Shown here piece by piece: positions 9,354 to 18,039 of a DNA stretch of 60,655 nucleotides. The stretch covers positions 1 to 60,655 of the forward strand of contig CAYXZP010000002.1 of assembly GCA_964469485.1 (NCBI GenBank), in the 5' to 3' direction. The notes beneath the pieces are model-generated. The model was not told the origin of the DNA. It saw only the letters and a program-made list of their open reading frames with translations, and ran no database searches. Position numbers and translations under genes: made by a program. Within the stretch, counting starts at the first letter, position 1; each line of letters opens with the position of its first letter. This DNA is from an uncultured Myxococcales bacterium. Lineage in GTDB: Bacteria; Desulfobacterota; Binatia; UBA1149; CAYXZP01.

Positions 9354-11201
9354 ATGCTGCGAGCGGCCCTCATAGGAGCCCTCGTCTGGGCCGTGACGAT
9401 TGTTGCGGCGGCAAGCGCGCACGCGACCTTCAGTCGCGAACAGGTGATCTGCCGGGCGGCGGTCGCGCGTTCGGCCGCGAAGTTTGCCCAGCGAGCGGCC
9501 AATCACACGGCCAAGTGCCACAGCAGGCGCGACCGGCACAGATCCAAGGCCAGCGACCGGGCGGATTGTAACACCCTGGCCTACGGCGCGACAGAGCGGC
9601 TCGGCAAGGTCGAAGCGAAGCTGCGCTCCACCATAGCTACCCGTTGCAGCGCCAGGGCCGGCAACCAATGCGATCCTACGGCCATGAACTATCGGGAATG
9701 CCCGGGGATCTGCGGTGCGACGATCGCGACCATCGGGGATCTTACCGACTGTGTCGTCTGTCTGGTCACGGACTCGGTCGAGGAGATGTCCGATCTTACC
9801 CAGGGCAGTCCGGTCATAGGCCGCTGTAATGGCGGCGAGTACGACGGGCTCCCTTGTTATTCCTGCACGGGTGGCGCGGAGCCGGGCACCGCTTGCAACA
9901 CGGCGGCTGATTGCGAACTCGACGTTTGCGTCGAGGACCTTGGCGCAGGCGACGGCAATGGCGATGGTCTTTGCAACCTCGACGAGACCTGCCACTGCGA
10001 ACAGGATCCCTTGCTTCTGTGTAGCGCCACAAGCGCCACGCTATGCGAAAATGTGGAATGCACGGCCGGAGGCAAAGACGGCCTGGCGTGCAGTAAGGAC
10101 GACGATTGCCAGGCCCCCGGCAGCAGTCCGCCCCCGAGCGGGAGTTGCCACGACAGTGTGTGCAGGCTGCCTTGCGCTTCGAACAACGCTCAGACCGCCA
10201 AGTGCCACTACACTTTCTGTGAGGGCGGTAGCAACGATGGCGGTTTCTGCTCTGCTTATGGCAGATGCCCGGACCCAGGCGTTTGCACGCCGATCTTGGA
10301 GCGAACCTTGCGTAGCTGTCGTGCGGTGGTCGGCAAGAAACAGGCGCAGCACCTTGGCGTGCTGCTCAAGGAGCGTGTCAAGTGCCAGGCCGCCGAGGAG
10401 TTTGCCGGCGCCACCGACACCGACTGGTGTGCGTTGGTCAATCCGCAGAACAAGGTCGGCAAGATACGCGCCAAGGGTGAGCGCAGCGTGAGGAGGCGCT
10501 GTGGGTCGGGGCAGGCGCCGGAAACGCCCGCGAACTGTGCTTGCGAGACCGGTTCGCTCGATGGTTACAGTGGCATCGACGACGCGGACTGTCTCGCTTA
10601 CTGCGTCTTCGAGGAGTCGGATGCCGCCGGTTCCGGCCTCTTCGAGACCTTCTACTCCTTGGTGGTCACTTGCGGGGATGGTTACCAGGCCCCGGACGAG
10701 GAATGTGACGACGGCAACCTCATCGACGGCGACGGCTGCGACTCGAACTGCACCCCGACGGCCTGCGGCAATGCGGTCGTTACCGCCGGCGAGGCATGTG
10801 ACGACGGTAACCTCAGTGACGGTGACGGCTGCGACTCGAATTGCACCCTGCCCGCCACCACGACCACCACCACCCTGCCGGCCTCATGGACGCAGGTCCG
10901 GCAGATCCTCGAGCCGAGTTGCAGCGGCTGCCACGGTGCTGTGGCAATAGGGCCGGACAACAACTTGACCGGACTGCACGGGGCCGACGGCGGTTATCAG
11001 ATCTTGGTCGATGGCCTCTCGACCTGCGCCGGCGATCCCATGCTGGTCACGCCGGGCGATCCCGCAGCCAGCTTCCTGTACAACAAGGTGGCGGGGGCGG
11101 CACCGGCCTGTGGTGTGCAGATGCCGATGGGCCTCTCACTCGGCAGCGGGCAGGTCGAGACGATCCGTTCCTGGATCGCCGGCGGCGCGCTCGATGACTG
11201 A
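9354..11201 (+). CDS. Secreted cysteine-rich modular protein B (615 aa) ending in a PSCyt1-like CxxCH domain
   Basis: Signal peptide 'MLRAALIGALVWAVTIVAAASAHA'. Two helical Cys modules, two Myxococcus-type repeats, a Thr linker 'PATTTTTTLPA', then a C-terminal CSGCH domain. Divergent from paralogue A. Confidence 0.9.
   Translation: MLRAALIGALVWAVTIVAAASAHATFSREQVICRAAVARSAAKFAQRAANHTAKCHSRRDRHRSKASDRADCNTLAYGATERLGKVEAKLRSTIATRCSARAGNQCDPTAMNYRECPGICGATIATIGDLTDCVVCLVTDSVEEMSDLTQGSPVIGRCNGGEYDGLPCYSCTGGAEPGTACNTAADCELDVCVEDLGAGDGNGDGLCNLDETCHCEQDPLLLCSATSATLCENVECTAGGKDGLACSKDDDCQAPGSSPPPSGSCHDSVCRLPCASNNAQTAKCHYTFCEGGSNDGGFCSAYGRCPDPGVCTPILERTLRSCRAVVGKKQAQHLGVLLKERVKCQAAEEFAGATDTDWCALVNPQNKVGKIRAKGERSVRRRCGSGQAPETPANCACETGSLDGYSGIDDADCLAYCVFEESDAAGSGLFETFYSLVVTCGDGYQAPDEECDDGNLIDGDGCDSNCTPTACGNAVVTAGEACDDGNLSDGDGCDSNCTLPATTTTTTLPASWTQVRQILEPSCSGCHGAVAIGPDNNLTGLHGADGGYQILVDGLSTCAGDPMLVTPGDPAASFLYNKVAGAAPACGVQMPMGLSLGSGQVETIRSWIAGGALDD
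10671..10844 (+). repeat. Two tandem Myxococcus-type cysteine-rich repeats in protein B
   Basis: 'CGDGYQAPDEECDDGNLIDGDGCDSNC' and 'CGNAVVTAGEACDDGNLSDGDGCDSNC'. The DNA copies 10704-10755 and 10797-10848 differ at about 5 of 52 positions (period 93 nt). Confidence 0.85.
10887..11198 (+). other. Planctomycete-cytochrome-c-like (PSCyt1-type) domain with heme motif CSGCH
   Basis: 'WTQVRQILEPSCSGCHG...LVTPGDPAASFLYNKV...MPMG..LSLGSGQVETIRSWIAGGA' follows the PSCyt1 pattern (CxxCH ... pG.p..S.L ... MP ... WI..GA). CSGCH is at 10920-10934. Confidence 0.65.
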
Positions 11202-11204
11202 GCT

Positions 11205-11435
11205 TCAGCTTCCGCAGAGTTTCTTGTTGCGGCAGTAGCCGCGCACCAACTGATCGAGGTCGTAGGCGATGCCGGCCGTGTCCTTGGCGACCGCACCCAT
11301 CGTGCTTGCCAGTGCGGCCAGGTGTGCACCGCTCCCGTCAGCCGTCGCTCCGGCCGCCACGGGTCTGAGCGCCAGCGCCGCCGTTGCCAGCGCGATGATC
11401 GTGAGAACTGCCTTCGTATAAAGGTCGATTCGCAT
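11205..11435 (-). CDS. Small secreted protein (76 aa) with a C-terminal Cys-x5-Cys loop
   Basis: ATG preceded by GGGAGG with a 5-nt spacer (minus-strand reading 'cagGGAGGctcatATG'). Signal-like 'KAVLTIIALATAALALRPVAAGA'. Ends 'YCRNKKLCGS'. Confidence 0.65.
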   Translation of the reverse strand: MRIDLYTKAVLTIIALATAALALRPVAAGATADGSGAHLAALASTMGAVAKDTAGIAYDLDQLVRGYCRNKKLCGS

Positions 11436-11509
11436 ATGAGCCTCCCTGTATCTTTCCTATCTGCCTCATAGCTGATACGGAGCCGATTCTCCCGCGCCCG
11501 AGCGCCCGA

Positions 11510-12793
11510 GTGCCAATGGTGTCCTTCATCAGCAGCCGCCCACGCTTGCCGGTGGCCCTGCTGAACCGCCTTGGGCCGGCGCTCGGCATGCGGAACCGCC
11601 GCGGCGCTTCGCTCGACGCCGACGATCTGCTCGCGACCGCCACACGCAGCACGGGCCTCGACGACTTCGGCGGCGACGCTTTCCGCGAGCCTTTCGAGCG
11701 CCTCCTCGATTCTTACCGCCGCGATGCCCGTCTCACGCTGTTCGGGCGCATGGGCGTGCGCGGCGACCTGTCGCGTTTATTGGCCAACCGCCTGTTGATC
11801 GCCGACGAGTTGGCGCGCCGGCCCGAGACGGCTTCCACGAAGACGGCGCGTCCCTTGTTCGTGGTCGGGCTGCCGCGTACCGGCACCACGCTGCTTTACA
11901 ACCTGCTCGCGCTCGACCCGGCGCACCGACCCTTGCGGTTGTGGGAGGCCATGGAGCCCGTCACGCACGACAGGGCGGGCGCGACCGCCGGTGGCCGCGA
12001 CGGCAGGCCGGCCAGGGCCAGGCGTAATATCCGAACCTTCCACTACCTGGCGCCGGCGGCGCGCGCGATGCATCCGGTCGACCCCGACGGTCCGGAAGAA
12101 TGCGTTCCGTTGCTGCAGAACTCGTTCATGAGCCTCCAGTTCGAGGCCATGCACAACGTGTCCTCTTACGCCGGCTGGCTCGAAGGCCGCGACCTGTCGC
12201 AGACCTATGGCTATTACCGAAACCAGTTGCAGATCCTCCAGTCGCAACGCTCCGGCGAGCGCTGGCTTCTCAAATCACCGGCACACCTGTTCGCGCTCGA
12301 CTGCCTGCTGCGGTTCTTTCCCGATGCGTGCATAGTCATGACACACCGTGACCCCTTGCGGGTCATGGCCTCGTGTTGCAGCCTCATCGCGACCTTGCGG
12401 CGGATCGCCAGCGATGATGTGGACCCGCTCGAGATAGGACGGCAGTGGCCCGCCAAATGGGCGCTAGCCCTGGAAAAAGCCATGGGCGTACGTGAGAAAG
12501 CCGCGCAAGAGCACTTTGCCGATGTCCACTACGGCCACTTGCTGTCCGACCCGGTGGCCGCCGTGAACGGGATCTATAGCCGTTTCGGTTTCGAGGTGCC
12601 GGCCGGGATGGAGGATCGCATGCGTGCATGGCTCGCCGGTAACGCGCAGCACAAATACGGCAAGCACCGCTACTCGCCGTCGGACTTCGGGCTCGACGCC
12701 ACGCGCGAGCGTAGTCGCTTCGCCGCCTACAGCCGGACCTTCGGGGTCGCCGAGGAAGGCCGCGATGGGCCCTTGTTGCGTCCGCATCCATAG
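11510..12793 (+). CDS. Sulfotransferase-family protein (PAPS-binding P-loop type)
   Basis: 'PLFVVGLPRTGTTLLYNLLA' 5'-PSB loop and 'WLLKSPAHL' are typical of the bacterial Sulfotransfer_3-like family. First gene of a tightly spaced 4-gene operon. Confidence 0.8.
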   Translation: MPMVSFISSRPRLPVALLNRLGPALGMRNRRGASLDADDLLATATRSTGLDDFGGDAFREPFERLLDSYRRDARLTLFGRMGVRGDLSRLLANRLLIADELARRPETASTKTARPLFVVGLPRTGTTLLYNLLALDPAHRPLRLWEAMEPVTHDRAGATAGGRDGRPARARRNIRTFHYLAPAARAMHPVDPDGPEECVPLLQNSFMSLQFEAMHNVSSYAGWLEGRDLSQTYGYYRNQLQILQSQRSGERWLLKSPAHLFALDCLLRFFPDACIVMTHRDPLRVMASCCSLIATLRRIASDDVDPLEIGRQWPAKWALALEKAMGVREKAAQEHFADVHYGHLLSDPVAAVNGIYSRFGFEVPAGMEDRMRAWLAGNAQHKYGKHRYSPSDFGLDATRERSRFAAYSRTFGVAEEGRDGPLLRPHP

Positions 12794-12799
12794 GCCCTT

Positions 12800-13615
12800 A
12801 TGTCAGCGGGCGCGATGACCATGAACGATAGATCCAGAACGGCGGCCACGGCTCTTGTGACCGGGGCCTCTTCGGGTATCGGCGCCGAACTGTGCGAACT
12901 GCTGGCCGCCGACGGCCATGATCTGGTCGTGGTCGCGCGCCGGCGCGAGCGGCTCGAGTCGCTGGCTGCCCGCCTGGCCTCCGACCACGGGATAACTACG
13001 ACGGTGCTGGCCAAGGACCTTGCGGCGGCAGGTGCTGCGCGCGAGATCTGTGCGTCGCTGGAGGCGCGCGGCCTGACGATAGACGTGCTCGTCAACAACG
13101 CGGGCTTTGGCGACTTCGCCGATGTCGCACGCGCGGACCAGACCAAGCTGCTCGATATGTTGCAGGTCAACGTGGTCGCGCTTACCGAGCTGACCAGGCT
13201 GCTGCTGCCCGGAATGTGCCAGAGAGGGCGCGGCCGCGTTCTCAACATCGGCTCGACGGCCGGCTTCTTCCCGGGGCCGGGCATGGCCGCCTACTATGCG
13301 AGCAAGGCCTACGTGAACTCTTTCACGGAAGCCCTGGCCACGGAACTCGCAGACACGGGCGTGACGGCCACGGTGCTGTGTCCGGGGCCGGTGGCCACCG
13401 AGTTCCAGTCCGCAGCCAATCTCGAGGGTTCGCGGTTCCTAAAACTGGCGCCCATGCAGACGACCGAGATGGTGGCGCGGGCCGGCTACAGCGCCATGAA
13501 AAAGGGACGGGTCATGGAGATCCCCGGCATCCAGTACAAGCTCCTTCCCCAGCTCACACGTTTCTCGCCGCGAGCGGCCATCCGTTCGGTGGTGCGCTTT
13601 CTGCAGACCCCCTGA
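12800..13615 (+). CDS. SDR-family oxidoreductase
   Basis: 'ALVTGASSGIGAE' cofactor motif, 'NNAG', catalytic 'YYASKAY'. 6 nt after the sulfotransferase stop. Confidence 0.85.
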   Translation: MSAGAMTMNDRSRTAATALVTGASSGIGAELCELLAADGHDLVVVARRRERLESLAARLASDHGITTTVLAKDLAAAGAAREICASLEARGLTIDVLVNNAGFGDFADVARADQTKLLDMLQVNVVALTELTRLLLPGMCQRGRGRVLNIGSTAGFFPGPGMAAYYASKAYVNSFTEALATELADTGVTATVLCPGPVATEFQSAANLEGSRFLKLAPMQTTEMVARAGYSAMKKGRVMEIPGIQYKLLPQLTRFSPRAAIRSVVRFLQTP

Positions 13616-13627
13616 CCCCGCGCGTCC

Positions 13628-14863
13628 GTGGACCTCAGCTACAGCGCCGAGTACGAGTCCTTCCGGGGGGAGGTCCGCGCCTTCCTGGCGGCCAACTGGA
13701 CCGACGAGGACCGCGCCCGACACGACACCGACGACGTTATCGTCGGCAGCATCAGCAAGCCGGGCTCTCGTGTGACCGAGCTAAGGCTGGCCGCCATCGA
13801 GGCCGGCCTCTTTTACCGGGGCGTGCCGCGCCGTTGGGGCGGCGGCGAGCAGCCGTTCGACCCGCTCAGGTCCAAGATCATACGCGAAGAGTTCAAGGCC
13901 GCCGGCGCGCCGCGTGAGATGGTCGGCCAGGGGCCCTCGATGCTCGTGCCCACCCTGCTCGAACACGGCACCGATGAGCAGAAGGAAAAGTTGGTGCGCG
14001 CCACATTGCTCGGCGAGATCCTCTGGTGCCAGGGATACAGCGAGCCCGGCGCCGGTAGTGACCTCGCATCGCTCAGAACAAGGGCGGAGCTCGACGGGGA
14101 GCACTGGGTGGTCAACGGGCAAAAGATATGGACCTCGAACGCCGACCAGGCCGAATGGATGTTCTGCCTGGTACGCACCGAACCGGACAGGCCGCGCCAC
14201 GACGGCATCAGTTATCTGCTCATCGAGATGAACAGCCCAGGCATCGACGTGCGCCCGCTGCGCCAGATCACGGGGGAGGCCGACTTCAACGAGGTTTTTT
14301 TCGACAACGTGCGCGTGCCCGCGGGCCCCATTGTCGGCGAGCGCGGCCAGGGCTCGATCGTCAGCCGTTCCACCCTCAAGCACGTTCGCGAGGATACCGC
14401 CGCCACCGAGATCAACCGTCGCTCGATGGACGGCCTCGTGTTCATTGCCTCCGCGCTGGAGCGCAACGGCAAGCCGGCCATCAAGGATCCTGTGATACGC
14501 GACCGTCTCGTCGAGCTCGAATCGCGACTGCTCGCCCACGAGTACCATTCGATGCGTCTGCTGACGATGCAGTCCAAAGGGCAGGAGCCCGGTCTGGCCG
14601 CGATTGTTCCCAAACTTGCCGGGACCCAACTGACCTACGACATGGGAAAGACCGCCATGGACATCATGGCCTCGGCCGGCACTCTGGCGCCCGGGGAAGA
14701 GAGCGCACCGGCGGGTGGGATGTTCGTCACCGCCTACTACTGGGCTCTCGGGGTGCTCATTGCCGGCGGTACCGCCAACATACAGCGCAACATCATCGCC
14801 GAGCGCGGACTCGGCATGCCGCGGGACCCCGCCCAGGCCCGTCCGGGTTCCGCAAAGCCGTGA
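13628..14863 (+). CDS. Acyl-CoA dehydrogenase family protein (FadE-like)
   Basis: 'CQGYSEPGAGSDLASLRTRA', 'WVVNGQKIWTSNA' and the C-terminal 'GGTANIQRNIIAERGLGMP' ACAD signatures. GTG start. Confidence 0.85.
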   Translation: MDLSYSAEYESFRGEVRAFLAANWTDEDRARHDTDDVIVGSISKPGSRVTELRLAAIEAGLFYRGVPRRWGGGEQPFDPLRSKIIREEFKAAGAPREMVGQGPSMLVPTLLEHGTDEQKEKLVRATLLGEILWCQGYSEPGAGSDLASLRTRAELDGEHWVVNGQKIWTSNADQAEWMFCLVRTEPDRPRHDGISYLLIEMNSPGIDVRPLRQITGEADFNEVFFDNVRVPAGPIVGERGQGSIVSRSTLKHVREDTAATEINRRSMDGLVFIASALERNGKPAIKDPVIRDRLVELESRLLAHEYHSMRLLTMQSKGQEPGLAAIVPKLAGTQLTYDMGKTAMDIMASAGTLAPGEESAPAGGMFVTAYYWALGVLIAGGTANIQRNIIAERGLGMPRDPAQARPGSAKP

Positions 14864-14872
14864 GGTTCGAAG

Positions 14873-15958
14873 GTGGATTTCGGGCTTAGCGAAGAACAGA
14901 CGCTGCTGGCCGACACCATCGGCCGCTATCTGGCCGACACCTGCCCGACCACCCGTGTGCGCGAGATAATGGAGGGTGAGAGCGGCCACGACGGCGACCT
15001 TTGGGCCGGCCTGGTCGAGATCGGGCTTGCCGGCCCCATCGTTCCGGTCGTCCACGGCGGCATGGGCGGCGAGATGCTCGATCTTGCCGTGGCCGCCGAG
15101 GAACTCGGCTATGCGGCCACGCCCGGGCCGTTCCTGGCGGTGTCGATGGCGGCGGCGGCCCTTGGTGCGGCCGATGACGAGCAAGCGGCCGCCCGTTTGT
15201 TGCCCCGCATAGCTGACGGCAGCGCGATCGTAACGGTCGCCATCGCCGAGGACGGCGAACGTTGGGATGCCGGCGAGATGCGGGCCACGGTCGAGGACGG
15301 GCGGCTCAGCGGCGGCAAAACCCTCGTGCCCTATGCTTCGATCGCCGATCATATGCTCGTGGCCGCAAACGGCACGGACGGGCCGGGACTGTACCTGGTC
15401 GAACGCGAGGCGGCCGGCGTGAGCTGCCGGTCGCTCAAGGTCAACGACCTGACGCGCCGGCTCGATGCCGTCAAGTTCGACGCTGTTCCCGCGCTGCGCA
15501 TCGCCGGGGCGGCTGCTTTCGAGCGCATGCGCGATACCGGGTTGGTGCTGCTGGCCGCCGACGCTTACGGAGGCGCGCGCCGTTGTCTCGAGATGGCGCG
15601 CGATTACGCCCTCGAGCGCGAACAGTTCGGGCAGGTTATAGGCGCCTTTCAGGCCGTAAAACACCAACTGGCCAACCTGGTCTCCGAGGTCGAACCATCG
15701 CTGTCGCTGTACTGGCACGCCGCGCACGCGCTCGACCGCGGTGCCGGTGACGCCTCACGCCAGGCGGCCTTGGCCAAGGCCAGGCTAACGGACGTGTTCG
15801 ACCGCGCCGCGCGCGATTCCACCGAACTCCACGGCGGTATCGGTTTCACCTGGGAGTACGATCTTCAGTTGTGGTTCCGCCGGTCGATGTTCGACCGCAG
15901 CTTCCTCGGCGATGCCGGCCGCCACCGCCAGCGGGCCGCCGACATGGCCGGCTGGTAA
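14873..15958 (+). CDS. Acyl-CoA dehydrogenase family protein (second, shorter subunit-like)
   Basis: 'ELHGGIGFTWEYDLQLWFRR' ACAD C-terminal signature. 9 nt after the preceding ACAD, so a heteromeric pair is likely. Confidence 0.8.
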   Translation: MDFGLSEEQTLLADTIGRYLADTCPTTRVREIMEGESGHDGDLWAGLVEIGLAGPIVPVVHGGMGGEMLDLAVAAEELGYAATPGPFLAVSMAAAALGAADDEQAAARLLPRIADGSAIVTVAIAEDGERWDAGEMRATVEDGRLSGGKTLVPYASIADHMLVAANGTDGPGLYLVEREAAGVSCRSLKVNDLTRRLDAVKFDAVPALRIAGAAAFERMRDTGLVLLAADAYGGARRCLEMARDYALEREQFGQVIGAFQAVKHQLANLVSEVEPSLSLYWHAAHALDRGAGDASRQAALAKARLTDVFDRAARDSTELHGGIGFTWEYDLQLWFRRSMFDRSFLGDAGRHRQRAADMAGW

Positions 15959-15972
15959 GCTCGACCGGCCTT

Positions 15973-17976
15973 CTAGATCTCGCGCCCGGCCATGTGGCCG
16001 TCGAAGATGGCACGGTCGACGAAGCGCGCGGCCACGGCGTCGCCCACGCGTACGACCTCGGGCACGCGTTCGCGGAGTCCGAAATAAAGATCGTCTGCGG
16101 GAAGCCCGTGCGTGCGGACCACCACTGTGTCGACGCCGCTTATGATCTCGGGCCGACCCGAGAGCAGGTCGACCACGGTGGCCTCGTGTTCCCCGATGGC
16201 CGCCAACGCGCTTGTCGGCCGCCACGCGACACCGGCCGACACCGCGCGCGGCAGGGCGTTGGCCATAGTCTCGGCGTCGAGCAGCATTGGGCTGGCAAGC
16301 GGCATGACCAGGGTTACCTCGCGTCCCTGAGCGGCCAGCAGTTCGCCGAGGCCGAGCCCCTCGATGTGACCGACCACATCGAGAATGACGATACGGTGGC
16401 CGAGCTCGAAGGGGTCGTCGCTTTCCGTTGCCAGCGCTGCGAGCAGCGCGCGTTCGTGGTCGATCACGAAGGCGCGCTCCGACCCCGGCACCGGCATCTG
16501 GTGCCACTTGGCCCGTCCCTCGACCGTTGCCCGTGCGCCAGTGGCCACCACCACCGCATCGGGCGACATGGCCAGGACCGCATCGGCGCCGGCCCGCGTC
16601 GACAAGCGCATGTCGACGCCCCGTCTCTCGCACTCGGCTGTGCGCCAGTCGGCGAAGTCGCTCAGTTCGCCGCGACCGGGAAGACGCTCGGCCAAGCGGA
16701 CCTTGCCGCCGGTCTTGTCGCTCTGTTCGAGAAGGATCACCTCATGCCCGCGCGCGGCGGCCACCCAGGCGGCTTCGAGGCCGGCGGGTCCGGCGCCGAC
16801 CACCACGACGCGTTTCTTCGTGGAAGCGGGTTCGAGTTCGCCGAGTTCCCGCTCGCGTCCGACCGACGGGTTCTGGACGCAGGTGACCGGCAGGCCCTGC
16901 AATAGGTTGCCGTAGCAACCCTGGTTGGAACCGGTGCAAAGCCGGATCTCCTCGTTGTGGCCGGCTTTGGCCTTGGCCGCCCAGTCGGGATCGGCGATGA
17001 GCGCCCTGACGAGGGTTACCGCATCGGCCTTGCCTGCGGACAGTATCCCTTCGGCCTCGGCCGGTGTGAGTATGCGGTGCACCGCGAAGACCGGCGTATC
17101 CGAGAGCGCGGCGCGCACACGCGCCGTGGCCGGTACTCCGAAGAGGTGGGGCGCGTACAGCGGCCTGACCATTCCTATGCCCGAGAGGCCCACGCTGACA
17201 TCGACAAAATCAACGAGTCCGAGTTCCTCGAAGCGGGCGGCGATCTCGGCGGCCTCCTCCGGTCCTATGCCCGCCTTGCCCCGTTCCTCGTCGCCCACCA
17301 ACCGGACACCCACCGCCTTGGCGGTGCCGACGGCCTCGCGCACGGCCTCGAGCACCTCCACGGCGAATCGCATGCGGCCGGTGAGATCGCCGCCGTAAGC
17401 GTCGGTTCTCAGGTTACTTTTTGGCGAGAGGAACTCGTGGATGAGGTAGCCGTGGGCCGCATGTATCTCGACGCCGTCGAAGCCGCCGGCAACCGCGTTG
17501 CGCGCCGAGGTGGCGAAATGTTCCACGAGTTCGCGTATCTCGCCGGTCTCGAGCGGTTTCGGTGCTTCGTTGTAATTGGCCACGTGGGAAGGCGCCCACA
17601 CGGGCAGCTTGGACCAGTCGCCGCGATTGACCCCGCCGTTGTGCGCCAGTTGCAGGAAGACCGCGGCGCCCTCGGCGTGGACCTGCCGCGTGAGCCGCTC
17701 GAAGTGCGGCACGGCCGCGTCCTTCCAGGCCGCCGCGTTGTTGCTCATCTGGTAGGCCGTGGTCGGGTGGACCTGGGCCTGGCCGGCGATGACCAGGCCG
17801 GCCCCGCCACGGGCGCGGCGAGCCAGGTAGCGGCCTAGCCTGGCGCCGTAGTAACCCGGTTCACCGGTCTGCCCGGCCGGTTCGGTGAACATGGTGAAGT
17901 GGGCGCCGAAAACGACGCGGTTGGCTATGCGCACAGGCCCGATGTCCAGCGGTGAGAAGAGCTTGGGGTAGTTCAA
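15973..17976 (-). CDS. Old-yellow-enzyme/2,4-dienoyl-CoA-reductase (FadH)-like NADH:flavin oxidoreductase with a C-terminal FAD/NAD(P) domain
   Basis: OYE TIM-barrel N-half ('GFDGVEIHAAHGYLIHEFLSP'), linker 'CTGSNQGC...VTCVQNP', then 'VVVVGAGPAGLEAAWVAAARGHEVILLEQ'. Confidence 0.85.
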   Translation of the reverse strand: MNYPKLFSPLDIGPVRIANRVVFGAHFTMFTEPAGQTGEPGYYGARLGRYLARRARGGAGLVIAGQAQVHPTTAYQMSNNAAAWKDAAVPHFERLTRQVHAEGAAVFLQLAHNGGVNRGDWSKLPVWAPSHVANYNEAPKPLETGEIRELVEHFATSARNAVAGGFDGVEIHAAHGYLIHEFLSPKSNLRTDAYGGDLTGRMRFAVEVLEAVREAVGTAKAVGVRLVGDEERGKAGIGPEEAAEIAARFEELGLVDFVDVSVGLSGIGMVRPLYAPHLFGVPATARVRAALSDTPVFAVHRILTPAEAEGILSAGKADAVTLVRALIADPDWAAKAKAGHNEEIRLCTGSNQGCYGNLLQGLPVTCVQNPSVGRERELGELEPASTKKRVVVVGAGPAGLEAAWVAAARGHEVILLEQSDKTGGKVRLAERLPGRGELSDFADWRTAECERRGVDMRLSTRAGADAVLAMSPDAVVVATGARATVEGRAKWHQMPVPGSERAFVIDHERALLAALATESDDPFELGHRIVILDVVGHIEGLGLGELLAAQGREVTLVMPLASPMLLDAETMANALPRAVSAGVAWRPTSALAAIGEHEATVVDLLSGRPEIISGVDTVVVRTHGLPADDLYFGLRERVPEVVRVGDAVAARFVDRAIFDGHMAGREI

Positions 17977-18039
17977 GGCGCTCCCTGTTTGTCGCCCGCC
18001 GTTGTAGCAAGCGGCCGGCGGAAATACGATACTGGCCCC

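Noticed and set aside
9097-9375. ORFs of 77 and 79 aa (and a 48-codon ATG ORF at 9200) inside the A/B intergenic region.
   Set aside because: They have Arg/Pro/Gly-rich translations, no SD and overlapping frames. The region is better explained as structured regulatory DNA.
14740-14800. Gly in place of the MCAD-type catalytic Glu ('IAGGTANIQRNIIAERGLGMP') in the first ACAD, as a novelty.
   Set aside because: The GGT..IQRNIIAER..LG.P variant is common in FadE-type ACADs that place the catalytic base elsewhere. It is not unusual on its own.
13781-15727. 648-aa ORF on the minus strand spanning both acyl-CoA dehydrogenase genes.
   Set aside because: It is antisense to two ORFs with clear ACAD signatures. 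Its translation is Arg/Gly/His/Pro-rich low complexity, typical of stop-free shadow frames in high-GC DNA.
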